NCBI GenBank assembly: GCA_018699415.1 | Contig: JABIQM010000238.1 | Coordinates: 1,719 to 65,718 of the forward strand | Origin: Acidimicrobiaceae bacterium | Lineage (GTDB): Bacteria; Actinomycetota; Acidimicrobiia; Acidimicrobiales; Aldehydirespiratoraceae | Reading direction: 5' to 3' | DNA length: 64,000 nucleotides | Part shown: one piece after another, positions 37,614-46,854 of the stretch | Layout of the letters: the number at the start of each line of letters is the position of its first letter | How positions within the stretch are numbered: position 1 is the first letter of the stretch | The notes under the pieces: generated by a model | The model's input: the letters and a program-made list of their open reading frames with translations, nothing else | Databases searched by the model: none | Told to the model about the DNA's origin: nothing | Program-made: the position numbers and the translations under genes

Positions 37614-38273
37614 CTATGGCAGGCAGCCCATGACGGCATCAGCGATGACATCGGGAGCACCGAGCGGGAGGACCGTGTCCTTCAGCTCAGCTGAGAGTTC
37701 TGTCCGGCGTCGCTCGGTGAGAGCAAGCACCTCGACCAGACGCTCCGGTTCCCAAACCCGGTACGCCATTGTTTGCAGCCGCACCCAGTCCCGGGTGCGG
37801 CGTTGACTGATGCCGGTCAGCTTTTGCTCACCTGCGAACACCTCGCCGGGCCCACGACCGGCAAAGCACACCAGATCGGCGAGCGGAGATCGGGCGAGGC
37901 CACCCGTATGGACCTGAGCACCGACAACACCAATGCTCGCAGCTGCCGTCGCCCATGCCTCGCCGGCCCAGAATGCGCCTCGCACGACATCATCAACCCA
38001 AAGCGAGTCGCCGGCTGGTAGCCAGATGTCGAGCCAGCATTGGTCACCGGGTGCCATCCATACGACTCCCCCGCCGCTTCGTCGCCGGGCGACAGATACG
38101 CCACACGCCGCCGCTCGTTCATGGTCGATGACCGCACCGTCTTGTGAACTCCCAAGCACAACACATGGCTGCGCAATCTCCAAGATCCGAACGACTCGCT
38201 CCGCGCGCTCAGGAGGCAGCGCGCCGTGAAGACCGCTGGCATCTCCCCAAACTCGTTCGATTCGCCAACTCAC
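37614..38273 (-). CDS. biotin/lipoate A/B protein ligase (BPL/LPL catalytic domain) family protein
   Basis: RRRSGGGVVW resembles the LplA RRxSGGGAV motif. EQKLTGISQRR resembles the conserved K-x-x-G-x-A lysine motif. The start overlaps the HNH gene stop by 4 nt. Confidence 0.55.
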   Translation of the reverse strand: MSWRIERVWGDASGLHGALPPERAERVVRILEIAQPCVVLGSSQDGAVIDHERAAACGVSVARRRSGGGVVWMAPGDQCWLDIWLPAGDSLWVDDVVRGAFWAGEAWATAAASIGVVGAQVHTGGLARSPLADLVCFAGRGPGEVFAGEQKLTGISQRRTRDWVRLQTMAYRVWEPERLVEVLALTERRRTELSAELKDTVLPLGAPDVIADAVMGCLP

Positions 38274-38776
38274 GCCGACCGACGGCCATCAGTCAAGAAC
38301 GGCGCCCACAACGCAGGGATCGAACCGGCTGCAACCTCAATCCATGTCGAGGGAGGCGGCGGACCAGGGTTGCGAGTCAGCCGCATCGTGGTTTCGGGCA
38401 ATAAGCGATCACGCTTCGCTGCGTTGCATCGGCGACAAGCCGCCACAACATTGTCCCATGTGTGACCTCCACCGCGGCTGCGCGGCACCACATGATCGAG
38501 AGTCTCGGCTGGGCCACCGCAGTACTGACAACTGTGTCGATCTCGAGCAAACACGCCGCGACGGCTCGGTGATCGATGCCGCTGGTATGGGACAGAGACG
38601 TAACGACCAAGACGGACGACCGAAGGCACATCGAGAACCAATCGCTCCGACCGCACGAACCGGCCGCTGGCAGTGACCAACTCGACCTTCTCCGCGAGCA
38701 GAAGACAGATGCCGCGGCGGACGCTCACTACGGCAAGGGGTTCAAACGTTGCGTTGAGAACGAGGACCCCAGCCAT
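38270..38776 (-). CDS. HNH endonuclease family protein
   Basis: CQYCG...LDHVVPRSRGGGHTWDNVVAACRRCNAAK is a classic HNH / zinc-ribbon core. Confidence 0.85.
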   Translation of the reverse strand: MAGVLVLNATFEPLAVVSVRRGICLLLAEKVELVTASGRFVRSERLVLDVPSVVRLGRYVSVPYQRHRSPSRRGVFARDRHSCQYCGGPAETLDHVVPRSRGGGHTWDNVVAACRRCNAAKRDRLLPETTMRLTRNPGPPPPSTWIEVAAGSIPALWAPFLTDGRRSA

Positions 38777-38791
38777 GATGAGACGCTACTC

Positions 38792-39052
38792 CTAGCGCTG
38801 CCGCTGATTCTCGGCTTTACACCAGCGGAGCCACGCGATGATGTCGTACGGGTCTGGAGGATGCGAGGGATCGCCATATTGGGTGAGCCCCCGGAACCTC
38901 AGCAACGCTGGGTCTGGCAACGGGAGGAAGGGCCTCTTCGCCCACCATCTGTCTGGAGAAAAACGGCGAGCCATCACGAACGCCGTCGTCCATAGGCGAG
39001 GACGGAGGATCACCGCGATTGCCGCGGTAAGGAAGGTGCGGAGAGGAGTCAT
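38792..39052 (-). CDS. hypothetical small protein
   Basis: 86-aa ORF whose start overlaps the ROK gene stop by 4 nt. It has a hydrophobic N-terminus and a Trp/Pro-rich remainder. Confidence 0.45.
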   Translation of the reverse strand: MTPLRTFLTAAIAVILRPRLWTTAFVMARRFSPDRWWAKRPFLPLPDPALLRFRGLTQYGDPSHPPDPYDIIAWLRWCKAENQRQR

Positions 39053-39918
39053 CGAACGCCCACATCATGGCCCATGCCCCGGAATCCGACCGCAGCGGCG
39101 CCGACCAAAGGACCATCAGCACCCAGCGCGGCTCGACGGATCACGGTGCCGACGGAGTGCTGGAGTGCTGCGACACGATCAATCTCCGCCTGAGCTGCGG
39201 TGAAGAACGGGTCACCGAAGCCGAGCGCTACAGAACCGGCGACTACAGCAAGCTTGAGATCCAGCAAATTCGCCACAGAACCGATACCTCGGCCAACCAT
39301 TGTGCCAGCTCGACGAATCTCGTCGTCGTCTGCTTCGGCTGCGGGTCGACCGGTTCGAAAAGCAATCGCAGTGCCGGAGGCTTCCGCCTCGAGCGTGCCT
39401 CGCACATGGTGGGGAAGGGCGGTACCTCCAGGCTCGACCACTACGTGGCCGATGTGGCCCGCATTTGCGTCAGCCCCGTCGAGCAATCGGCCGTTGAGCA
39501 CAATCCCACCTCCTACACCGGTCGAGACAACCATTCCGATGAAGTTACTCTCCCCAACCGCAGCGCCTTTCCACGCCTCGCCAAGGGCCAGCGCCTTGGC
39601 GTCATTGTCGATATATGTGTCGAGCCCGGTCAGCGAGGAGAGCCGATCCCGAAGGGGGAAGTCTCGCCAAACGGGAATATTGAGCGGTGAAACGCCAACC
39701 CCACCACGTCGCATAGGTCCACCACAGCCAACCCCGCACACGTCGAGAGCATCAAGCTCAGTGCTCCCGATGATGGACACGAGGCGGTCCCAAAGCGCGT
39801 CACCATCGACAGCACCGGTCGAGTCGCAGCGTCTTCGTTCCATGATCGAGCCGTCGAGAGCCACGATTGCAGTCTCAAATTTGGTGCCACCGATGTCGAT
39901 CGCAAGAGCCCGAGTCAT
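39049..39918 (-). CDS. ROK family sugar kinase (glucokinase-like)
   Basis: AIDIGGTKF ATP-binding start, DNDAKALALGE, GVGGGIV and the CGCGGP-like GVGCGGP zinc motif region. Confidence 0.8.
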   Translation of the reverse strand: MTRALAIDIGGTKFETAIVALDGSIMERRRCDSTGAVDGDALWDRLVSIIGSTELDALDVCGVGCGGPMRRGGVGVSPLNIPVWRDFPLRDRLSSLTGLDTYIDNDAKALALGEAWKGAAVGESNFIGMVVSTGVGGGIVLNGRLLDGADANAGHIGHVVVEPGGTALPHHVRGTLEAEASGTAIAFRTGRPAAEADDDEIRRAGTMVGRGIGSVANLLDLKLAVVAGSVALGFGDPFFTAAQAEIDRVAALQHSVGTVIRRAALGADGPLVGAAAVGFRGMGHDVGVR

Positions 39919-40044
39919 GGCAACAATCCTATGCAGGACAAGCCGATCGCCACTAGAAGTCGCGAGGCTCTACTCTTGAGGCAAGCGAGTACGCCAGCGG
40001 CGTGGAACAGGATTCATCTGTTCATCAGGCGACACGGAGGCAGA

Positions 40045-41049
40045 GTGACCACGACAGAAGATCAGGCGATGGAACTGGGAACCAGCGATCATGGAGCCAG
40101 TCCAGGCTTCGCCGAGAAATTCGCCTCGCTCACGGTCAATATTCAACGGGCGATCAAGGGCAAGGACCATGTCGTTCACCTGCTGGTACTCGCCCTCGTC
40201 GCAGACGGGCACGTGCTCGTTGAGGACGTGCCGGGTGTAGGTAAGACAAGTATCGCCAAGGCTCTGGCACGAAGTGTCGATGGCAAATACGGCCGCGTGC
40301 AGTTCACGCCTGACTTACTTCCAACTGATGTCACCGGTACCAGCGTGTGGAATCGGGGATCCGACGTGTTCGAGTTCCGGCCCGGCCCAGTCTTCGCCGA
40401 CATCTTGCTTGCCGACGAGATCAACCGTGCCTCACCGAAGACGCAGTCCGCCCTACTTGAAGCCATGGGTGAGCGACAGGTCACCACCGATGGCATCACT
40501 CGTCAACTAGGCGCGCCGTTCATGGTGATCGCCACCCAAAACCCAATCGAACACGAGGGTACCTACGCACTACCAGAAGCTCAGCTCGATCGATTCTTGA
40601 TGCGCCTCGAGATTGGCTACCCCGGGCGCGATGCTGAGCGCGAGATTCTCGAAACCCATGGTGACAATATTGAGCCAGTCGACTCGCTTCCCACTGTGGT
40701 CACCGCTGCACAGATCAACGAAATGTCAGGATCGCTACAGTCGATCTACCTGGCTCCGGCGCTTCGTGACTATCTCCTTGATATTGCCGCTGCCACTCGC
40801 CGCCACGCGTCGCTTTCACTGGGGCTCTCGCCTCGTGGGCTGCTCGCGCTTCAGCGCATCGTTCGCGCCCAGGCCGCCTCACAGGGTCGGGCGTTCGCCA
40901 CACCCGACGACGTCAAGATGCTGGCGCCCTACGTGCTTCCGCATCGACTACTGACCACACCAGAGAGCCGCATGCATGGTCTGCGTACTGCCGATGTCGT
41001 GACCGAGATCCTTAATGGTGTCCCGGTGCCGCGCCCCAGCGGCAACTGA
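40045..41049 (+). CDS. MoxR-family AAA+ ATPase
   Basis: Walker A (DVPGVGKTS), Walker B plus sensor (LLADEINRASPKTQSALLEAM) and ATQNPIEHEGTY. GTG at 40045 lies 4 nt after GGAGG. The alternative ATG is at 40069. Confidence 0.85.
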   Translation: MTTTEDQAMELGTSDHGASPGFAEKFASLTVNIQRAIKGKDHVVHLLVLALVADGHVLVEDVPGVGKTSIAKALARSVDGKYGRVQFTPDLLPTDVTGTSVWNRGSDVFEFRPGPVFADILLADEINRASPKTQSALLEAMGERQVTTDGITRQLGAPFMVIATQNPIEHEGTYALPEAQLDRFLMRLEIGYPGRDAEREILETHGDNIEPVDSLPTVVTAAQINEMSGSLQSIYLAPALRDYLLDIAAATRRHASLSLGLSPRGLLALQRIVRAQAASQGRAFATPDDVKMLAPYVLPHRLLTTPESRMHGLRTADVVTEILNGVPVPRPSGN

Positions 41050-41051
41050 AC

Positions 41052-42215
41052 ATGCCAACCCGTACCGGATGGACAGTCCTGTTCGGTGGGCTCACCTTTC
41101 TGATCGCCGGAAGACTATTCGGCACCATCGAGTTCCTCGTTGTCGGCAGCGTTGGCGTCGCAGCTCTCGTCATAGCCGTTGGGCTGCGCAGGCTTCATCC
41201 GTCTCGACTAGCGATAGGGCGACAGCTCACTCCCCCCCGAGTCCCGGCTGGCGAGGCCACCAGAGTCGATCTAGAGATCGTCAATCGCGCGTCATATCGC
41301 AGCCCGCTTCTCCGTCTTCACGACAGCGTCAGCGGCACACGCGGAGTTCATCTTTCGCTCGCACCGCTCGCCGGCAAGGGGGGCAGTTGTCGCGGGGCCT
41401 ATCGGCTCCCGACTACCCGGCGTGGGGTGCTCGAACTTGGTCCAATCCGGGTCGATGATGTTGACGCGCTCGGGCTTGCTACCCGCAGCCATCGTGTCGA
41501 AACCAGTGTCCGGTTGATCGTCCATCCGCCGATCGAACCGATGCAGCCGATCCGCGTACGCGTCGGCGACGATCCGTTACTCGGTAAGGAACTGAAGCAG
41601 TCTCTCGGGCTGAGCGACGAGGAGTTCGATGGACTTCGCGACTATGTCCCCGGCGATGATCTGCGAAAAATCCACTGGCCAAGTTCAGCCAGGGCTGACG
41701 GACTTCAGGTTCGCCAGTTCCGACCGCCCCGACACGGACGCCTCTCCGTAGTTATCGACACCCGATCGCCGAGTAACGATGCCAACGCACTCGACGCCAC
41801 AACCTCGGTCGCAGGCTCGATCGCGGCAGCAGTCCTTGCCGCCGGCGACGCCACTCGGATCGAAGCCACAGACGGCCGAATGACCTCTCTCGTCACCGGC
41901 CCCAAGCAACTCAATCCTTTGCTCGAATTCTTGGCGCTGCTGGAAGGGGGCAGCGACGCCATCCATGGATCGGTACCCAACACTCCGGGCACCGTTGTCG
42001 CCGTGACAGCCGACCCGCACATCGCAACCGATGCTGTCATCCGGCACCGATTTGCCGAGCGCCTTCGTGCCTCAGTGGTCATCACGGTCGACGCCCATAA
42101 CTGGGTTGAAGGTGGCGCTCCCGCCCGGGCGGCAGATTGGATCCACCTAACCGGGCCTGGCCAACTCGCCTCCATATGGCAGCTCGGCCCCGAAACACCG
42201 GCCGTATCGGTATGA
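41052..42215 (+). CDS. DUF58 domain-containing protein
   Basis: N-terminal TM pair and the DUF58 signature (FDGLRDYVPGDDLRKIHWPSSAR). It starts 3 nt after the MoxR stop. Confidence 0.8.
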   Translation: MPTRTGWTVLFGGLTFLIAGRLFGTIEFLVVGSVGVAALVIAVGLRRLHPSRLAIGRQLTPPRVPAGEATRVDLEIVNRASYRSPLLRLHDSVSGTRGVHLSLAPLAGKGGSCRGAYRLPTTRRGVLELGPIRVDDVDALGLATRSHRVETSVRLIVHPPIEPMQPIRVRVGDDPLLGKELKQSLGLSDEEFDGLRDYVPGDDLRKIHWPSSARADGLQVRQFRPPRHGRLSVVIDTRSPSNDANALDATTSVAGSIAAAVLAAGDATRIEATDGRMTSLVTGPKQLNPLLEFLALLEGGSDAIHGSVPNTPGTVVAVTADPHIATDAVIRHRFAERLRASVVITVDAHNWVEGGAPARAADWIHLTGPGQLASIWQLGPETPAVSV

Positions 42216-44536
42216 CGCCGCGCCGCGCCGTCGCTCTCGCAGTCGAACTGGCCACGATAGTTCTCAGCATCATCGCGGCCTTGAGCCTCGGGCGGGTCTT
42301 CATCGACAACACGATGCTCAATGACCTGATCGCTCTCGCTCTCACCTCCCATGCAATAGCCATCGTTACCCGGCGCGCTGGATTCTCGATGCTGCCGTCG
42401 GCACTGGTCAGCATCCTCGGGTTCCTGGTGATGATGAACATATTGCTGTTCCCGGAGACGGCAGGCAGCATCATCCCCACTCAAGACTCGCTCACCCTCT
42501 TGCGCATCGATCTCAGAGACGCATGGACTCTCTTCGAAGAGGAACCGACGCCGGTCGAGGCGGCCCGCGGCTTCGTCGTCGCAGGTGGCGCCGCGCTTTG
42601 GCTCATCGCCTTCCTCGCTGATTGGGCGGCGCTACGGCTCCGTTCAAGTTTGGAGGCAATTGCCCCTGCCACGTCCATCTTCGTCTTCACATCTGTGCTG
42701 GGTGCTGAGACCGACCAGGTACGCCACGGTGCGATCTACGCAGCCGCAGTCGCCGCTGTCTTGCTCGCGATGCGCGCCGCCCGTCGGGTTCGAGAAGAAG
42801 TCTGGATCGCTTCCGGCACGGGGAATGGCGTACGTACAACGCTGCGCGTTGGCACTGTCGCCACCGCCCTAGCCCTGGGTATCGGCGTCGTCGCAGGCCC
42901 AGCATTTCCCAACGCGGGAGAAGGGGTACTTGATCCCACCGAGTGGGACGACGGACCCCAGACCCGTCAGGTTGTGAGTCCACTGGTCGAGATCGGAGCG
43001 TCGCTCGTCAACCAATCCAACTTCGAGATGTTTTCAGTCCGTGTCGATGACCCACAAGCCGGTCAGCACTACTGGCGTCTCATGGCACTCACCGATTTCG
43101 ACGGCACCACCTGGAAGCGCAAGAGCAACTTTGCGGAGGCTCGCGGCCGCGTCGGCAGCAATATTCCAGACTCGACGCCCCGGACCACGATTCGCCAAAC
43201 GATCACAACACTGAGTCTCGCCAACATATACATGCCGGCCGCATACGAGGTCAGCACCGTCATCGACTCCTCGGGTATTGATCTCGAGTACGAGCAAGCA
43301 ACAGGCGCTCTCGTCGTCACCCGAGAGTCAGCAGAGGCAGCCGGACGGGGTTTCACCTACGTGATTGAGTCAGCGGTTCCCAACTACACACCAGAGTCAC
43401 TCCCCGCTAACGCCACCGCCGGCCTCGACGCCGAATTCGTCACCGCGCACACTTCCCTGCCTCCTGTGTGTGACTCCGATGACGAGGTCACCCGCTGCTG
43501 GCCCGACTGGGTGACCGGCGAAGCCGAAAGAATCACGGCCAGCGCCGCAACCGATTACGAGCGCGTTCGCCTGCTCCAGAGCTTCTTCGTGGACTCAAAC
43601 TCATTTGCCTACGACCTCAATGTGGCAAGCGGCCACTCGATCAACACGATCGAAGACTTCCTGAACGTGCGTCGGGGATATTGCGAACAATTCGCGTCCA
43701 CATTCGCCGCTATGGCCAGATCCATCGGAATTCCCACACGGATTGCCGTTGGCTTCACCTGGGGTGAGTTCGATGCCGAGCGAGGCGAGTACGTTGTCCG
43801 CGGCGAGCATGCTCACGCCTGGCCAGAGCTGTATTTTTCTGGTGTCGGCTGGATCGTCATGGATCCGACGCCGGGTCGCGGCCCATCCCACAACGCCGAT
43901 ATCACCGGTCTGGCTCCGGCGCAGCTCAACTTCAACGATGACCCAAACAATGCCGATGGGTTCGAGCCATCTGGGGCGACCAGCATTCCCGACGCAACCA
44001 GCCTCGACGGGCTCAACGGCTCGCTCGATGAGTTCGATCTGTCAACGCCCACCACACCGCCTGCTGCGATCATCGGCGACAAAACCTCAGGCGGCATCAA
44101 TGTCGGGCGGATACTCATCGGTGTTTTCACCGTCACACTCGCCCTTGCGATCACCATCGGCATTGTGCCAATAATCAGATTTATTCGGCGTCGACGGCGG
44201 ATCAGTCGCGTCGCAGCAGATCCGGTGGGTCGCGGCGAACTCGCCTGGGACGATGCATGTGTGGCGCTGGCATTACTGGGGGTTGCCCCAGTTCCGCAGG
44301 AAACGCCAATCGAGTTCGCCCACCGCTCCGACCGTTTTCGGTTCGCCCTTGGTCCTGTGTGGGACCTCGCCAGCGCGATGACAGTTCTTCGCTATACCAA
44401 CACCAACGACCTGGTGAGTCTGGCGCTGCAGGCACAGGATGCTGCTCGCCAAATTGAGATCGTCTGCCACCACCATGCTGGTCGACGCCGTGTGGCAATG
44501 GCGGCGATCAACCCTCGCAACCTTCGCTGGAATTAG
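42212..44536 (+). CDS. transglutaminase-like membrane protein (TgpA-type)
   Basis: Multi-TM N-terminus and a Cys-His-Asp core (RRGYCEQFAS ... HAWPELYF ... VMDPTP). The ATG at 42212 overlaps the DUF58 stop as ATGA. Confidence 0.8.
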   Translation: MTPRRAVALAVELATIVLSIIAALSLGRVFIDNTMLNDLIALALTSHAIAIVTRRAGFSMLPSALVSILGFLVMMNILLFPETAGSIIPTQDSLTLLRIDLRDAWTLFEEEPTPVEAARGFVVAGGAALWLIAFLADWAALRLRSSLEAIAPATSIFVFTSVLGAETDQVRHGAIYAAAVAAVLLAMRAARRVREEVWIASGTGNGVRTTLRVGTVATALALGIGVVAGPAFPNAGEGVLDPTEWDDGPQTRQVVSPLVEIGASLVNQSNFEMFSVRVDDPQAGQHYWRLMALTDFDGTTWKRKSNFAEARGRVGSNIPDSTPRTTIRQTITTLSLANIYMPAAYEVSTVIDSSGIDLEYEQATGALVVTRESAEAAGRGFTYVIESAVPNYTPESLPANATAGLDAEFVTAHTSLPPVCDSDDEVTRCWPDWVTGEAERITASAATDYERVRLLQSFFVDSNSFAYDLNVASGHSINTIEDFLNVRRGYCEQFASTFAAMARSIGIPTRIAVGFTWGEFDAERGEYVVRGEHAHAWPELYFSGVGWIVMDPTPGRGPSHNADITGLAPAQLNFNDDPNNADGFEPSGATSIPDATSLDGLNGSLDEFDLSTPTTPPAAIIGDKTSGGINVGRILIGVFTVTLALAITIGIVPIIRFIRRRRRISRVAADPVGRGELAWDDACVALALLGVAPVPQETPIEFAHRSDRFRFALGPVWDLASAMTVLRYTNTNDLVSLALQAQDAARQIEIVCHHHAGRRRVAMAAINPRNLRWN

Positions 44537-44557
44537 CGCTCGGGCGAATCTCGGCGC

Positions 44558-44950
44558 CTATTGAGACGGCGGTTCTTCGGGCCGGTTAAATCGGTCACGC
44601 ATCTTTACGCCGGCGCCGCCCAAGACGTCGCGTAGTCCCCCGCCGCCACGCATCGTGGAGGTCATCTGCTCGAGGCCAACACGACCAAGTCGACGGAGAT
44701 TGCGTTCGAACCACAACAAGCTGCCGAGCATGAGCAGGAAGCCGATGAAAGCGATCGCGAAATGGACAGACAGCATGATGACCATGAGCCCTACACCGAC
44801 GGTGAAGCCCGAGGCCGCCCACTTGAGATTGCGGAACGCGTGCGTATAGACAGTGGTCTCCGCCACCTCGCGAGCGAGCGCGGGATCAGATTCATACAGA
44901 TGATCCTCAATCTCGGTGAGAATGCGCTGTTCGTCCTCGCTCAGGGGCAC
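44558..44950 (-). CDS. DUF3040 domain-containing membrane protein
   Basis: MPLSEDEQRILTEIEDHLYESDP followed by two TM spans, which is typical of actinobacterial DUF3040. Confidence 0.8.
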   Translation of the reverse strand: MPLSEDEQRILTEIEDHLYESDPALAREVAETTVYTHAFRNLKWAASGFTVGVGLMVIMLSVHFAIAFIGFLLMLGSLLWFERNLRRLGRVGLEQMTSTMRGGGGLRDVLGGAGVKMRDRFNRPEEPPSQ

Positions 44951-45022
44951 GAGAACCTCCTTGTGGTCAACACGCTTCGCTCTAGCTTCGCACAGCGTGA
45001 CGCCTACAACAACGCGGTGATG

Positions 45023-46306
45023 TCACAGATCTTGATCCGGTCCCCATTGTCGTTGACCTTGTTTCATTCGAGATAGTCCGGTTCCGGGGCGCGACAGGGT
45101 CGCTGGCCCGATCGCATCGCCACCGAATCGCCCGCGAATTTCACCAACGACGTCGTCGGCGTCGCTCCAACTGCCACCAACGAGATCGTCAAGGCTCAAT
45201 TGTTCCGCTATGGGCTGAGCTAGCTGACTCATGCTCACCCCCAGCAGTCGAACGCCTGCCTCAATGTCAACAGTGTCGAGTAGCCGCTCCGCTGCCCTGG
45301 CGATGGCGAGACCTCCGTTGAGGGGTTCGCTCAGTGTGCTCGATCGAGTGATGGTCGTAAAGTCAGCGAACCGAACCTTCACAGTGAGTGTGCGACCGGC
45401 GAGGTCGGCGTCGCGCAAGCGGCCCGCAACTGCATCTGCCATCCGAATGAGCTGGCGACCCAAACGATCCCGATCGGTCAGATCCTTTCGAAATGTCTCC
45501 TCATGGCCGATGGACTTCGCCTCACGGCCCACCTCAACAGGGCGCTCATCACGAGCATGAGCAAGGCGGTGCAGGTGCAACCCCGCAGCGTTGCCGAGCG
45601 CTCCGGTGAGGTGATGCTCAGGTTGAACGGCCAGGTCCCCCACCGTCTCGATTCCCATCCTTGACAGCTTCGCTTCGGTGGCTGGGCCTACGCCCCACAG
45701 GTCACGTACCGGCAACGGGTGCAGAAAGTCGAGTTCGGCCCCGGCGTCGATCACGTGGATCCCCGACCCGAACACGGGGCCGGTCGCGCTTGGTCGGGGC
45801 TTTGCCTGTTCGGTGGCAAGTTTTGCCAGAAACTTGTTTGTCGCCACGCCAACGGAACATGTGAGTTGCTCTGTCTCGAACACTCGGCTACGAACCGCTT
45901 TAGCAATCTGGGGAGCGATGTTTTCGCCGTGGAGAGCTCCGCGAACGTCGAGGAAAGCCTCATCCATAGATAGCGGCTCGACCAGCGGCGTGACGTCATG
46001 GAAGATGGCCATGACACGTTCGCTGACCTCTGCGTAGTGGGCATGGTCACCGGGAAGGAACACAGCATGTGGGCACAAACGGCGAGCGTGTGCGCTCGGC
46101 ATCGCCGAGTAGATCCCAAATGATCGAGCCACATAGCTTGCAGCGGCGACCACGCCTCGCTCGCCGGTGCCACCCACAACAACAGGCTCGTGGAGCAACT
46201 CGGGATGACGACGAATCTCCACCGCCGCGAAGAACGCATCCATATCGACGTGTAAGAACCCCAGCGTGCCATCGGGTGGTCGGCCGTCGAGTCGAGTCTC
46301 GCTCAC
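45023..46306 (-). CDS. dinB: DNA polymerase IV
   Basis: FLHVDMDAFFAAVE, SMDEAFLDV and the little-finger region. The start overlaps the Nudix gene stop by 4 nt. Confidence 0.9.
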   Translation of the reverse strand: MSETRLDGRPPDGTLGFLHVDMDAFFAAVEIRRHPELLHEPVVVGGTGERGVVAAASYVARSFGIYSAMPSAHARRLCPHAVFLPGDHAHYAEVSERVMAIFHDVTPLVEPLSMDEAFLDVRGALHGENIAPQIAKAVRSRVFETEQLTCSVGVATNKFLAKLATEQAKPRPSATGPVFGSGIHVIDAGAELDFLHPLPVRDLWGVGPATEAKLSRMGIETVGDLAVQPEHHLTGALGNAAGLHLHRLAHARDERPVEVGREAKSIGHEETFRKDLTDRDRLGRQLIRMADAVAGRLRDADLAGRTLTVKVRFADFTTITRSSTLSEPLNGGLAIARAAERLLDTVDIEAGVRLLGVSMSQLAQPIAEQLSLDDLVGGSWSDADDVVGEIRGRFGGDAIGPATLSRPGTGLSRMKQGQRQWGPDQDL

Positions 46307-46806
46307 GGGTTTCGGCGCTCAGCCCGCAGTTCTGATGATCGGCTCCCACGGGCCACATAGTCATAGTGGCGAACATCGTTCCATGGCCCGGCCACCCACT
46401 CATGAAGCGGCTCTGCGACCCACAGCGATGCTCCCGTTAGTCGATCGACCACACCCTGTCGATCAACGAACTCGGCTGCGGTAACGATGCCGTCTGGATC
46501 ATCGATGTCGAGCTTCCCCTCGAAGGACTCGGCGAGGTGAACCTCGACATCGAGACTCATCTCCATCTCAATGAACTCAACGGACACGGTCCAACAGAGA
46601 CGTTCCCAGCAGGGCACGTAGAGACCTGTCTCCTCAGCCACTTCGCGACCAAGTGCTTCGATCGGCGACTCGCCCTCATCGATCACGCCACCGGGTGTCG
46701 TCCAGTCAATCGATCCGTTCCGGCGAGTATTAGCCACGAGAAGCAGGCCTCGCTCATCGGCGAGCAACCCTCCAGCGACCTTCCATTCACGCATGCATGC
46801 AAGCAT
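46303..46806 (-). CDS. NUDIX hydrolase
   Basis: Nudix box GGVIDEGESPIEALGREVAEETGL. Confidence 0.85.
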   Translation of the reverse strand: MLACMREWKVAGGLLADERGLLLVANTRRNGSIDWTTPGGVIDEGESPIEALGREVAEETGLYVPCWERLCWTVSVEFIEMEMSLDVEVHLAESFEGKLDIDDPDGIVTAAEFVDRQGVVDRLTGASLWVAEPLHEWVAGPWNDVRHYDYVARGSRSSELRAERRNP

Positions 46807-46854
46807 GCCACTACAGCTCCCGCGATGGCAGCGCTACCTCGCGCAGTTCGTGTT

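Noticed and set aside
46807-46854. A search for a LexA SOS box (TCGAAC-N4-GTTCGA type) upstream of the Nudix-dinB operon. A GCATGCAAGCATGC palindromic string was noticed at the Nudix start.
   Set aside because: No SOS-box-like sequence was seen in the spacer. The GCATGC repeats lie within the first codons (MLACM) and are too short to interpret.
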